Shown: piece after piece, positions 1 to 11,999 of the stretch
Layout of the letters: every line of letters starts with the position of its first letter
How positions within the stretch are numbered: position 1 is the stretch's first letter
Assembly (NCBI RefSeq): GCF_001194135.2
Contig: NC_068987.1
Span: 25,915,018 to 25,979,017 of the forward strand
Direction: 5' to 3'
Length of the DNA stretch: 64,000 nucleotides
Source: Octopus bimaculoides
Lineage: Eukaryota
Translations under genes and position numbers: made by a program
Notes under the pieces: generated by a model
Told to the model about the DNA's origin: nothing
The model's database searches: none
The model's input: the letters and a program-made list of their open reading frames with translations, nothing else

Positions 1-460
1 GCAGCATTTCGTCCCAGAAGTGTCAGGTGAATTCTGAAAGCTTTAAATCCTGGTGTTGATTTCCTTCTCGAGAAACAAGAGTTCTAGTTGTCACGAGGTT
101 CTTAAAGAGCGCAGTTTCATTACAGTTGTTTACTTTCTCTGAGGTGCAGCCCCTCCAGTTATCATTTTTTTCAGCTGCTCATGAGAATTAGTAGCAGCTT
201 TTGTGTATTACTAGTAACTTCAGTTGTTAATTTTATGCTGTGTAAATTCAAGGGCTTCTTAAACCTTTCAAGCGTGGCCCTACTAACCAGAAACTGGATT
301 TTCATTAGAAACTCTACCTTCTATCTATCTATCTATCTATCTATCTATTACACACACATACATATTTATACATGCATACATACATACACGCACGCGCGCG
401 CGCACATACACACACACACACACATATATATATATAAATATATATAGGCGCTATAAGTGC

Positions 461-808
461 AGGAGTAGCTGTGTGGTAAGTAGCTTGCTTACCAACCACA
501 TGGTTCTGGGTTCAGTCCCACTGCGTGGCACCTTGGGCAAGTGTCTTCTACTATAGCCTCGGGCCAACCATTGCCTTGTGAGTGGATTTGGTAGAGGGAA
601 ACTGAAAAAAGCCCATCGTATATATATATGTATGTATATATTTGTGTGTCTGTGTTTGTCCCCCCAACATCGCTTGACAACCGATGCTTAGCGGTTCGGC
701 AGAAGAGGCGGATAGGTTTACAAAGAATAAGTCCTGGGGTCGATTTGCTCGACTAAAGGCGGTGCTCCAGCATGGCCGCAGTCAAATGATTGAAACAAGT
801 AAAAGAGT
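461..808 (+). mobile_element. tRNA-derived SINE, family A (internal TA/TG microsatellite)
   Basis: Head tagctgtgtggtaag...ggttcagtccc (A/B-box-like), body gcaccttgggcaagtgtcttc, tail catggccgcagtcaaatgattgaaacaag. Many decayed copies lie elsewhere in the window (about 12105-12410, 16460-17105, 34205-34610, 35570-36340, 45345-46140). Confidence 0.85.
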
Positions 809-1451
809 ATATGCTTTCACCATCTCCACTATCTCTCATCAAAACAAACAGCATCTACATCGAAACAAATACAGATATTAGTAGAGAGACCTCGAACCAA
901 ATAAATTGTATGCCTTGTGTTGTATTTCCCTCGGAAGACTCGCAGAGATAACACAACGAGTTATACAATTTAATTATTACATTTATTATTCAATTACATA
1001 CAAAGAACGCACTCACCCAATGTTCGTTGTGTCAATAAACAAAAGTCATGTCCGCCATATATATATCAATGACATTTTTACTACGACAGTCACACACGAC
1101 AACAACAATGAAACAATGAACTCAGACGAACCACAGTGACACACGGAACGTCAGACGAATTACATATCTAACAGTCCATATAACACCTTGCTTGCCATGT
1201 TTGCAGTGTGAGCAGATTCCTAGTTAGTGTTGTTTATCTCCAAGTCCGTTCTTATCGATAGGACTTACGATGAAAAGTATTCCTATCATGGCCGTCTCAA
1301 CTTTTTACCATGTTACATATAAACAATGTACTCTTCGGTTTAAGGAAAATTAGACGTAAAGGCTACTTCAAAGCTTCAGATTTCCTGTTCTCCTTAACAA
1401 GAAACGATTGTCGGGATCAAAGCTTAGACTGCAGTTTATGAATATAGATAT

Positions 1452-1746
1452 GTGTTCAGCTACCAGCCCAGGCTCCGCTGCTCGTCAGGCTGAGAAAAGC
1501 AAACTGTCAAAGTATCGGTCGCTCTCTGACAGGCTTATGGTCGAGCCTGCAGCATTGGAGACCTCCAGCGTTCTCGGTCCCCGGACCATATCCCTATGGT
1601 CACCGCTATCAGAGCAGAGATGGCTATCCGCAAGTTCGAGGCCCATGAGTCAGGGTGGCTGTTCCAGCGTATCTCCCTCACCCTCCTCCAGGGAAACTGC
1701 CTTTTCCATTTCGTCTGCTGGGACCATGAGACGGTCTGAATTATAG
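1452..1746 (+). mobile_element. 3' fragment of a CRE-like (REL-endonuclease) non-LTR retrotransposon, frameshifted
   Basis: SATSPGSAARQAEKSKLSKYRSLSDRLMVEPAALETSSVLG, then in a shifted frame WLFQRISLTLLQGNC. Together these match the C-terminal REL signature (AExxKxxKY...P.AxETxG...LxQRISxAxQRGN). Confidence 0.7.
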
Positions 1747-1965
1747 GAAATCGAGAGAATGTAAGATATGAGCATTCTGTTATTTAGATTCAATCATTTC
1801 TTTTTATATGACTCAAATAGAAAGAGAAATAAGAAACCTGCTAGATAACGAAATGCTATTGCGTTCACCCTCATAGATACATGGAAATACAGTTTCACTC
1901 AGATATTCACCATTATATTATTTAATAGAGTAAAAAAGAAAAAAAATACCCGCGACCGTTGTTAA

Positions 1966-2243
1966 CCGTTTGGTCATTGCATCCCTCAAAAATATTATGC
2001 TTCTCGAAATTGGATCTTTTCTGCTTGGCTTTCATTCTTCAATTCCTTTAATTTTGTTCTAGTTGATTTCAAATTTGCTGTATTGATGTAGATTTGCATA
2101 TTAATTATATAAATGAAATTCATTTTGCCATAAATTAATAAATAAAAAGCTAATAGCTTTTAAAATTTGCAAATTTGGAGTAATTTTAGCCAATCGTAAG
2201 CCAGACACGTTGGTGACTGTTTTCATAGTTACACACCAAACGG
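1966..2243. mobile_element. Possible TTAA-type MITE
   Basis: TTAA|CCGTTTGGT at the left end and ACCAAACGG|TTGA at the right end; only 9-bp TIRs and one TSD mismatch. Confidence 0.35.
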
Positions 2244-2427
2244 TTGACTGCTTGAAACTATTAAACCACTACGTACCAATATTCTGAACTTACGTCTTTG
2301 AATTTTCGGTACAAAAAGAAAAAGTATTTTTAATGGGCTCTCAGCCCATTAATTTAATGTAAGATTCGATCATCAGTTTAGTGATGGTATCGCCAGTATG
2401 GTGAGTTCTCCATCTTTGTAGCTTGTT

Positions 2428-2658
2428 ATTTCTTTACTACCCACAAGGGGCAACACACAGAGGGGACAAACAAGGACAGACAAACGGATTAAGCCGATTA
2501 TATCGATCCCAGTGCGTAACTAGTACTTATTTAATCGACCCCGAAAGGATGAAAGGCAAAGTCGACCTCGGCGGTATTTGAACTCAGAACGTAGCGGCAG
2601 ACGAAATACCGCTAAGCATTTCGCCCGGCGTGCTAACGTTTCTGCTAGCTCGCCGCCT
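2428..2658 (-). mobile_element. tRNA-derived SINE, family B, young CpG-intact copy
   Basis: Reverse complement reads ggcggcgagctagcagaaacgttagcacgccgggcgaaatg...gagttcaaatacc. 15-bp TSD TCTTTGTAGCTTGTT at 2413-2427 and 2659-2673. Confidence 0.92.
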
Positions 2659-4334
2659 TCTTTGTAGCTTGTTGCTACACGGCGGAGTGGTCACAGTCTG
2701 GTTGACGACGTCAGCGGTGGTATCAAGAATGAGTCCTGGGGTCGATTTGCTTGACTAAAGGTGGTGCTTCAGCATGGCCACAGTCAAATGACGGAAACAA
2801 GTTGAAGAGTAAAGAGTAACGTTTTTCTAATTTGCAATGGAATTATTTTGTTCAAGGGAAATAACCCTAGTTGTAAGAATAGGCAAATGATAAAGCCAGT
2901 TTCTATTGTCTCCCTTCCGTAGTTTTTTTTTTTTTTTCTGGTTTCAAACATTAACTGTTGCTAAGTTACGGTGGGGAGGAGGAGGTAACCGCGTTCACGC
3001 AGTTCAGTCAATCATTTATGCCGACTCCAATATTTAGTCTGGGAATTAGTTATCGATTGGCAGAATCGTTAGAACGTCGCACAAAATGTTTGCGACACTT
3101 ATTCTTTCCGAGTAGAGATTCAAGCCAATATATTTAACTAATAACCCCATTCCCTGAATGCTTTGTGTCTATTTAGAAATCATGATTTACTAACAAAATT
3201 TTGACCGGAATTCTGGTTTAAGCATCCCATAAAATCTCCAATAACTTTTTCTTCATTTTTTGGAATTTTCAGAAAATTTTTGCAAATTTGTGTTTTGCAC
3301 ACGAGAATTCACACGATTTTGCAAAAAAAAAAAGGGTGGGTGTGTGGGTGTGATTTAAAGGCGATTTAGCTGTAATTTTTACCACATCTCACGGCCACTT
3401 TGTTTGTTTGTCACTCTGACATGTATTGATGTTTTTCAATATTTTTCTCCCCATAAACACATTTAACAGAATGATGATGTACCCAACGGTGATCCGTTGC
3501 TAAGATTGAAGCAAAAATTCGGACTGTCCGTATTTTAAACTCTGGTTTAAAAAACAATTCGATAAGGATTAGAAATTTTTGGATTTTATGGGGCGGAGAA
3601 TAAAAGAAAGATTTTTTTTTTATGCTCGTAAGAGTCTCTGCATGTAGAAAATATATTCGCAAAAATTTTTAGAAAATTAAGAAAAATAAAAAAAGCAAAG
3701 AAGTGCCTAAACCAGAATTCTGCTAATCTTTGTCGCTATAATGAAATATGTGTCGAATAATAAGACTTATTCAATAATCTTGTGTCGAAGATGGGAATGG
3801 AAATAACAAGTTTTAAAAAGTTACTTCCCTTTACACACACGTGCGCCTATTCCTGTAGAGGTAGCCGCTAAATTTTCCTTGTATAACATTCCGCCACCTT
3901 AAAATAAGAAGAGCTTATTGGATATAAGAAAAGCCCTAAATGCAACTGTCTGGAAAAAGATAAGGTGGCTTTGGCTAAATTGTTATTAACCAAAGGCTTT
4001 TATTAATCAGGGCTGACCTACACCGAAACTATAGCAACACCATCACTAACATATATGCACATTCCGCCCACCCGGCATAATATGAGATAAAAAAAAAATA
4101 GGGATAGACGGTTGCTAAATTGCTCCAACTAAACATCTTTAAAAACTGAAATGATTAAGAAATAAATTAAGTTTTTTAAAGTAAATAAATCAAAGACTTT
4201 TGCATAATCGTTCTTGACTGGTACTCTTCATTCTATGAAGATCAAGTTTGGTCTATAAACTGTATGTTTGAGCACGAAATGTCTTCCGACTGAGAGGAAT
4301 TGTTTTTGTGTGGTTTTTGTGATATTTTCGTGCT

Positions 4335-4411
4335 ATGGATATATCGAAGGAAACTTTAACTAGTTTGATTGGGCCGTCGGCTGATACTTTTATACAGGGA
4401 AATAAAATGAG
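4335..4411 (+). CDS. ZRSR2: ZRSR2 coding exon 1 (MDISKETLTSLIGPSADTFIQGNKM-S)
   Basis: First ATG after an in-frame TGA (4320-4322); open to donor AG|GTAAGC at 4412. The phase-2 junction joins exon 2 to give M-S-H-K. The second ATG at 4407 is an alternative start. Confidence 0.75.
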
Positions 4412-4893
4412 GTAAGCATTTACAAAGATTAAATATTTGCAACGTCTGAAAATTGAAATGAAATTTCGTTGAAAGATGCATCATGTATTTAATAATAAAT
4501 ATTGTGCTTGACAGAATCGATGGAGCGCTGGATCGAATGTTTTGCAGTATTTAACTATATCCCTCTATGTTGTTGATTTAAACAAAGTTACCTCTACCTT
4601 TCAGATTTGCGGTGTCGTTAAATAAACTTGTAACCATGTGCTGGAGTCGATTAAATAATCGGATTGCGTTCTCTCACTGAAATTTGTGGCATTGTGCTTA
4701 TGTGAGAGACATCACTGTTCGATATTTATTTTCGAGGAAATGGGGAGTGTTTCACGTACCAAAGCCCAAATATTGCTTACCTTTATTTTGAGAGAAAAAA
4801 TATTTTGAAACAATATCAAAAATAGCATTCATTTTGAGATGTGATGGTGTAAACGGAAACTTATAAACAACTCTTTAAAAATATATTATTTTA

Positions 4894-5027
4894 TAAAGAA
4901 TAAAAAGTTTAGAATGGTACAACAATGCACTATAAAACAAAAAATGGACTATATACCTGTTGTAATTTGGTTATTTATTTTTGTTTTATAGTGCATTGTT
5001 GTACCATTCTAAACTTTTTATTCTTTA
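4894..5027. repeat. Perfect 50-bp inverted repeat with 34-nt spacer (ZRSR2 intron 1)
   Basis: 4894-4943 is the exact reverse complement of 4978-5027. Confidence 0.95.
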
Positions 5028-7124
5028 CAAACAATACACAATGCTTCAAGCGAACTACAATACAATCCTATATTATTTTACGTTCTAATGAGGTATAAAA
5101 GAAATACTTACGAGTTCATTTGAAAAATCATATTTAAAACGAGAAAGAAAAAAACTTGATGTAACCTAGAAGTATTTAATTCCAACATTAATTAAAAGAT
5201 ATATGACTCTAACGCCAAATGTAACGGTAAAATTGTAACAAGTAGATAGTGACATGGAGCTTTGCAAGATTAACAAGCAGATGTGTTGCATAATAAAATG
5301 ATAAGTTTAAAGAGTGATATATTAGAGATTTTATTGAATCGTTACCAAGTTTCACAACTTCGGCGAGGTGAAGTCAGTTTTGATAAAGAATCGCTTGTCA
5401 GTGCTTTGTAGAAGTCTGTTACTATATTGTGTGGGATGAAAAAGGAAAAGTACATAACCAATGAAAGCTATGTCTCTGATTCCATGGTCATAGAAAAACT
5501 ATCTGCTCGTGGTCGAAAGAAGGAGAAGTTAAGTCAGAAAATTGCAGAAGAAAGAGAATCTTTTTCTCTAGATGTCTCAAATTTATACCTGTACAAAATT
5601 GAAACCAAGTCATGGACAATGGAATAAGATGTGCTGTCTAGATTGAACTCTGTATCACCTGAGATGGTGGCAAATTTGACAGGTTGAACTAATAAATTCT
5701 AAGTGCAAATCCCAAGAACAATGAAACTAACATTCAGTTCTTGGTTAGGGATCCAGTTTGTATTTCTTACTGATGTAGAGATGTATAAGACTCAGCTGGA
5801 ATTTGGAAAGATGCAATATCCTGGCTGTTGTTTCATTTTGTCACACCACAATAACTTGAAAATGTAAATGTGTGATTAAAACTTAAGTACTCCACATTCT
5901 TTACAATATGTGTGTCTCCTTGTCTTGATATTGTATGATTGTTGTAAATGAATGTCACTGTCATAGAAGCAGTGTTTTTCATTCCAATCTTCTGTGAGAA
6001 TGCAAGATCATGGGGAAATATTACCTTCTTTGGAGACAGGTGAGGGTTGGCAGCAGAAAGTGCATCCTGTCATGGAAAATCTGCCTCAAACTCAGTTCGA
6101 CCCATGCAAGCATGGAAAAATGGACACTAAATGATGATAGTAATACAATTCGTTTTATCTAGAATTTTACTGATTCTGTAATTATTATTGTAATGACCAA
6201 AGTTTATGATCCAAAAGTAACTCCCTTAGTTGAATACTAATCGCCTCTGTCTGTGTTCAATGTTTCCAATCAGTTTATCTTTCTACAAATGTGCCTTATC
6301 TCATATTCCCATATTGGCTCTTGGTCAGACTTGCATAGAAGTGTAGTAACCAAAACTACAACTGTCACTCAGAAGCAAGTATGATCTGGCTGTGTGTACC
6401 ATGCTTTTGCTAATTATTTTAGGTGTCAGTATAGTGACAAGCAGGCACAAATACCCTCTCAGATAGTCTATTGTTAACCCAGTGGGATATGGATGTGACA
6501 GCTGATAGAAGTGAGGGCTGCACTTGGCTGGTATTCATTCCAGCTGGGTTAGACTGATGCAACATGGAATAAAGTGCCTTGCTTGTCGACACATTCTGCT
6601 ACCCAGTCCAGAAATTGAACCCATGACCTTTTGTTTATGAGCTCAACACTTTAACCACCTAAGATTTTCGACTGTGCTGTAAACTTTGCTTTTGCTCTTT
6701 ATATAGTATATATTTAACAATTCATACAGCAGAAAACATTCCTTTATAAGATAGAAAGTTATACTTACTGGAAGAGTTAGACTCAGCACCATAAACTCAA
6801 CAAAGTTCTTATTAATTTTATCAGTGGTGGCTTTTACCTGCACTTGTCAGTACTTTTCAGCTTGGTCAACATGGCTATATAACAGTTCAATACAAAGACA
6901 GTGTTGAGGGACATGATTTGAAGTGCTGAACTCTTGGCTTATTATTTGGTCCACACTCTCTGTTAATAGAAGAATTTGCAACTTTATCTCTTTTTAATTT
7001 TGAGTTAATCTGAGGAAGAAGAGGTCATGATGCCCATAGCTCTTACTGGCCTTCAATGTATTAAGCTTAGATGCTGTTCTATGAAAAACACTTTCTTTTA
7101 GTTCCTCTAGATTAAGCTGGGATC

Positions 7125-7280
7125 ATCATCATCATCATCATCATCATCGTCGTCGTTTAACGTCTGCTTTCCATGCTAGCATGGGTTGGACAATTTGACT
7201 GAGGACTGGTGAAACCAGATGGCTACACCAGGCTCCAACCTGATTTGGCAGAGTTTCTACAGCTGGATGCCCTTCCTAGG
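7125..7280 (-). mobile_element. RTE-type 3' end (family D), truncated
   Basis: (CAT)n tail followed by gtttaacgtctgctttccatgctagcatgggttgg...ctggatgcccttcct. Confidence 0.85.
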
Positions 7281-7658
7281 GGTTCAAAAAAGGAATCTCT
7301 CTCTCTCTCTCCCTCCCCCTCTCTCTCTCCCCCNNNNNNNNNNNNNNNNNNNNNNNNNNNNNNNNNNNNNNNNNNNNNNNNNNNNNNNNNNNNNNNNNNN
7401 NNNNNNNNNNNNNNNNNNNNNNNNNNNNNNNNNNNNNNNNNNNNNNNNNNNNNNNNNNNNNNNNNNNNNNNNNNNNNNNNNNNNNNNNNNNNNNNNNNNN
7501 NNNNNNNNNNNNNNNNNNNNNNNNNNNNNNNNNNNNNNNNNNNNNNNNNNNNNNNNNNNNNTTTTTGTCATGGTTTACATTCTTATTTCTTACATGATTT
7601 CAGAAGTATTTCTCTGCAAACAAATGAAATTTTTATTTTATATTTTATATTTTATTAG

Positions 7659-7738
7659 TCATAAAAGTTGGAAGAAACTTTTAAAAAAATTAAAAAGGAA
7701 ATTAAAACGGAAAAAACTTGCCCAAAACAATAACCTTG
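7659..7738 (+). CDS. ZRSR2: ZRSR2 exon 2 (SHKSWKKLLKKLKRKLKRKKLAQNNNL)
   Basis: T-rich acceptor ttattag|T and donor G|GTAAGT; 80 nt. Basic helix resembles the ZRSR2 N-terminus (SHKKYRAALKKEKRKKRRQELA). Confidence 0.9.
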
Positions 7739-7816
7739 GTAAGTAAGAACTTGCTGACATTCTCTCTTTCTCTTTCTTTCTCTATCTCTCCTCTCTCTTT
7801 CTTTTTGTATCTCCCA

Positions 7817-7857
<41 letters not shown>

Positions 7858-8248
7858 GTGTTTATTACATCTGCTTATAAGCAGAATCATTAGGATTTGT
7901 TTATTCATTTTACATCTATATTTCCATGTTGACATAGGTTGGATGGATACTTATTTGAGGCAATATTAAGGCAACTAGATGCTCTTCCAGTTAATCATTT
8001 ACCCGTTATTTAAACAAAGAATTTTCATTCCATTAGACTTCAAAAGCTCAGATATGTTGTTCACAACGAACGTAAACATTACATCACTATTTTTTGGTTC
8101 AGATGATGTTGTGCAAAGATGCAGAAATTCATCATTCACACACACACACACGCGCACATGAATTCAAAACTATGTGGTCAGGAAGTAAATTTCATAATTA
8201 CTCAACCATATCTGCACCTATTACTATTTGTTTTGTTTTTTTTTTCAG

Positions 8249-8427
8249 AAACATGTGATAAAAGTAGCTCTGATAATGAAATTTCTGAACAAGTAAGAGA
8301 GAAAGAAGTGCAACTACAGATGGTGGCACATGCACGCTGGTTAGAACGAGAAAGACAGGCTCAGAAGGAATGGGAACTTAGGAAACAACATGAAGAACAA
8401 GAAAGAAAACGTCGAGAAGAACAGGAT
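8249..8427 (+). CDS. ZRSR2: ZRSR2 exon 3 (ETCDKSSSDN...RWLERERQAQKEWELRKQHEEQERKRREEQD)
   Basis: Poly-T acceptor ttttcag|AA and donor GAT|GTGGGT; 179 nt keeps phase. Charged coiled coil with the W-L-x-RE-x-x-AQ-x-E motif of ZRSR2. Confidence 0.9.
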
Positions 8428-8477
8428 GTGGGTATCTCAAAATTCGATAGTATTTTATTTTTCTATTTTAATATAAT

Positions 8478-8920
8478 CATCATCATCGTTTAACGTCCGC
8501 TTTCCATGCTAGCATGGGTTGGACGATTGACTGAGGACTGGTGAACCAGATGGCTACACCATGCTCCAATCTGATTTGGCAGAGAATTTCTACAGCTGGA
8601 TGCCCTTCTTAACGCCAACTACTCCGAGAGTGTAGTGGGTGCTTCTACGTGCCACCAGCACAAAGGCCAGTTAGGAGGTACTGGCAGCGGCTACGCTCGA
8701 AATGGTGTATTTTACGTGCCACCCGCACAGGAGCCAGTCCAGCGGTACTGGCAACGATCTTGCTCGAATGTCTTTTCACGTGCCACTGGCACAATTGCCA
8801 GGAAGGCAACGTTGGTAATGATTACGCTCAAATGGTGCTATTTACGTGCCACCAGCATGGAAGCCAGACAGCTGCTCTGGCAACGATCACGCTCTTAGTA
8901 CTCCATTGGTACAGGTGCCA
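8478..8920 (-). mobile_element. RTE-tailed non-autonomous element (family D), near full length
   Basis: (CAT)n tail, conserved 3' block, internal gtgccacc/ctggcaacg repeats, and the 5' motif gctcttagtactccattggtacaggtgcca. Confidence 0.85.
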
Positions 8921-11903
8921 TCATGACAACTCTGTTATTATATTTTAATATAATAACTCTGTTATTATATTAAATACTGTGAAGGTGCATGGCTTAGTGG
9001 TGAGAGTAATCAACTCACAATTGTAAGGTCATGAGTTCGATTCCTGGTGGTGCATTATATCCTTGAGCAAGGCACTCTAGTCCATGCAGCTGGTAAAAAT
9101 AAGTAGTACTTGTATTTTAAAGAGCCGACCTTGTCACATTCTGTGTCACACTGAATCTCCTTGAGAACTACATTACGGTTATGTGCGTTTGTGGAGTTCT
9201 CAGCCACTTGCACGTTAGTTTCCTCGTCAGAACCAACGGAGTACCAGATATTAAATACTTCCCTGCAGTATTTGTTCCAGTTCTTTACATTCTTAGTTCA
9301 AATCTTGCTGTGGTTAATTTCACCTGTCATTCCTCTTGGATCAGTAATGTTAATCAGCTAACCCTGCCCCTCAAAATTGCTGGCTGTGTGCATCATCATC
9401 ATCGTCATCATCATTTAGTGTCCATTTTCCATGCTGGCTTGGGTTGGACAGTTCAACAGGTGCTGGAAAGCTGAAGGGCTATACCAGGCACCAGTTGTGT
9501 TTTGATATAGTTTCTATGGTTGGATGACCTTCTTAATGCCAACTATTTTACAGATTGTACTGGGTGCCTTCTTGTGGTGCCAGCATGGGTGCTTTTGTGC
9601 AGGACTGGCATTGGCACAGATGCTTATTACATTGCACCGGCATGGGTGTCTCATGGCTTCAGCATGGGTGCTTATTATGTAGTACCAGCATAGTGCTTTT
9701 CAGCTGGTACCAGCACCCATGAGGTCACTGAGTGGCTTGCAAGACAAGGATGTCTCACCTGAGAGAGAGATGTTTGAAATGATTATTATTATTATTATTA
9801 TTATTATGGACGGTAGATTAGCACGATGGTTAAAGAGTCAGATAAAATGCTTTGATGTATTTATATTCTGGCTCTTTATAGTTTGAGTTCAAATCCCACC
9901 AAGGTCGACTTTACCTTTCATCTTTTTGGGAGTCAATAAAATAAAGTAGTTGTCTAGTACAAGTGTCAATGGTAGTAACTAACCCCTGTCCTCAAAAATT
10001 GCTGGTTTTGTGTCTAAATTAGAAACCATTTATCATATATTTATGTATTTGTTCTACAAGATTCTTGCTGTGGAAACGTGTGTTGAAACAGATATTGTTA
10101 TATGTGGGGATGGTCATCTTTTGCCAATTTAACACATGCACTATTTATTTGATCTTCACTATAGTTTTATTATTATTATTAGTTTATCTGTCTTTCAAAT
10201 TCTGCCAAGGTCGATTTTATCTTTCATCCTTTCAGCGTCAATAAACAAGTACCAGGTCAATGTAATCAAATTAACCCCTTCCTACAAAATTGCTTGTCTT
10301 GTGCCAAAATCTGAAACCTTTATTATTCAGGCAGAGAGCTGGCAGAATTGTTAGCATGCTGGCCAAAATGCTTAGTGGCAATTCATCCATCTGTATGTTC
10401 TGAGTTTAAATTCCACCAAGGTCGATTTTGCTTTCCATCCTTTCTGGATTTTTTTTTTTTTCTATAGTTTCAGCTGAAAGCTGCGGCCATGCTGATGCAC
10501 CGCCGTTTGTACAACAGGGGTCGCCACCACCCCATGCCGGAGCCTCGTGGAGCTTTTAGGTATTTTCGCTCAATAAACACACACAACGCCCGGTCTGGGA
10601 ATCAAAACCGCGATCCTTCGACCGCAATTCCGCTGCCCTAACCACTGGGCCATTGCACCTCCTTGATAAAATAAGTACCAGCTGAGTACCGGGGTCAATG
10701 TATTTCACTCATCCCCTCCCCCGAAATTGCTGGTTGTATGCCAAAATTTGAAATCCTCCTCCTCCTCCTCCTCATCATCATCATCATTATTATTGTTATT
10801 ATTATTAAGAAGGTTACAAGCTGGTAGAATCATTAGAGCATCAGAAAAAAATGCTTTGCAGCGTTTGTTCTGGCTCTTTTGTTTTCTCAGTTCGAATCAC
10901 TCTGGGTTCAACTTTGATTTTTATCCCTCCATGTCCCATAAACTGTCCATGGTCCATAAAACACCTGTTGAGCTGGGGTTGATGTAATCAAGTAACCCTC
11001 ACCCACTCAAGTACTAGCGTCAATGTAATTAACTTCCTTCTCCCCTCAAAAACTGCTAGCCCTCTGCCAGAATTTGAAACCCTTAACACATGGCCTAGTG
11101 GTTAGGGTGTTGCACTCATGGTCATGAGATTGTGGTTTCAATTCCTAGACTGGGTGATGCTTTGTGTTCTTGAGCAAAACACTTACATTACTCTGTGATC
11201 ACTTTGACATCTGACACATGGTACACTGTGCACTTGTTCATGCAACATCGATTCGGTGGAGGGAGTGAGGTAATGTGCTGCATGAACACTTGATCACTAT
11301 AAACAAGTCATTTTTTGTAGGTCATTCAGCAAAAGCTGAACACTCAAGCATTGTCTTCAACAGGAGAGCCAGGGGTCAATGTGATCAACTTGCCCTCGAA
11401 GTTCAGGTATCATGCCTATAGCAGAAAGGATTATTATTATTGTTATTATTATTATTATTAGTAGTAGTAATAGCAGTAAGGTGGTGAGCTGGCACAGTCG
11501 TTAGCAGACTTAGCAGCATTTTGCTTGTCTTTATGTTCTGAGTTCAAATCCCGCCAAGGTCGACTTTATCTTTCATCCTTTCGGAGGTGATAAATTAAGT
11601 ACCAATTGCATACTGGGGTTGATCTAATTGACTGGCTCCCTTCCCCCAAAATTTCAGGCCTTGTGCCTATAGTAAAAAGGATTATTATTATTATTATTAT
11701 TATTATTGTATGGAAGGTGGAGTAGTAGAAATGGTAAAGGTCCAAAATTATTTTCAGTTCAGTTTGATAAATATCAGTAATGTACCAGGGTTTATTTAAT
11801 TGTCTGTACATCTCCACATTAAGTTTGTCTCCTCCTGCCAATGTCATATCTAATTTTCCAATTTTTTTTTTCTATTTCTTTTTCATTTTCTCTTCAATTC
11901 TAG

Positions 11904-11999
11904 AGACAAATCAGAGAAGAATGGGAAGAACAAGAGAGGAAAGAAACAGAAGAGAGAGAAAAATTAGAATCAGTTGAAAAAGCCAAAAAAGAGAAACAG
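11904..11999 (+). CDS. ZRSR2: ZRSR2 exon 4 (RQIREEWEEQERKETEEREKLESVEKAKKEKQ)
   Basis: Pyrimidine tract plus ttctag| acceptor and CAG|GTGACT donor; 96 nt, phase 0/0. Resembles RKLKEQWEEQQRKERE. Confidence 0.9.

Noticed and set aside
1-40. Minus-strand CTGA...GACGAAA hammerhead/Penelope-like motif
   Set aside because: The core does not fit CUGANGA, there is no stem II, and it is cut off by the window edge.
3200-3730. Degenerate inverted similarity upstream of ZRSR2
   Set aside because: The arms are AT-rich and poorly matched, and no TIR or TSD boundaries could be defined.
9057-9064. ATATCCTT, an exact U12 AT-AC donor motif within the ZRSR2 gene
   Set aside because: It lies inside a decayed SINE head, is not at an exon boundary and is not tandem like a USSE. 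All nine introns are explained as U2-type GT-AG.
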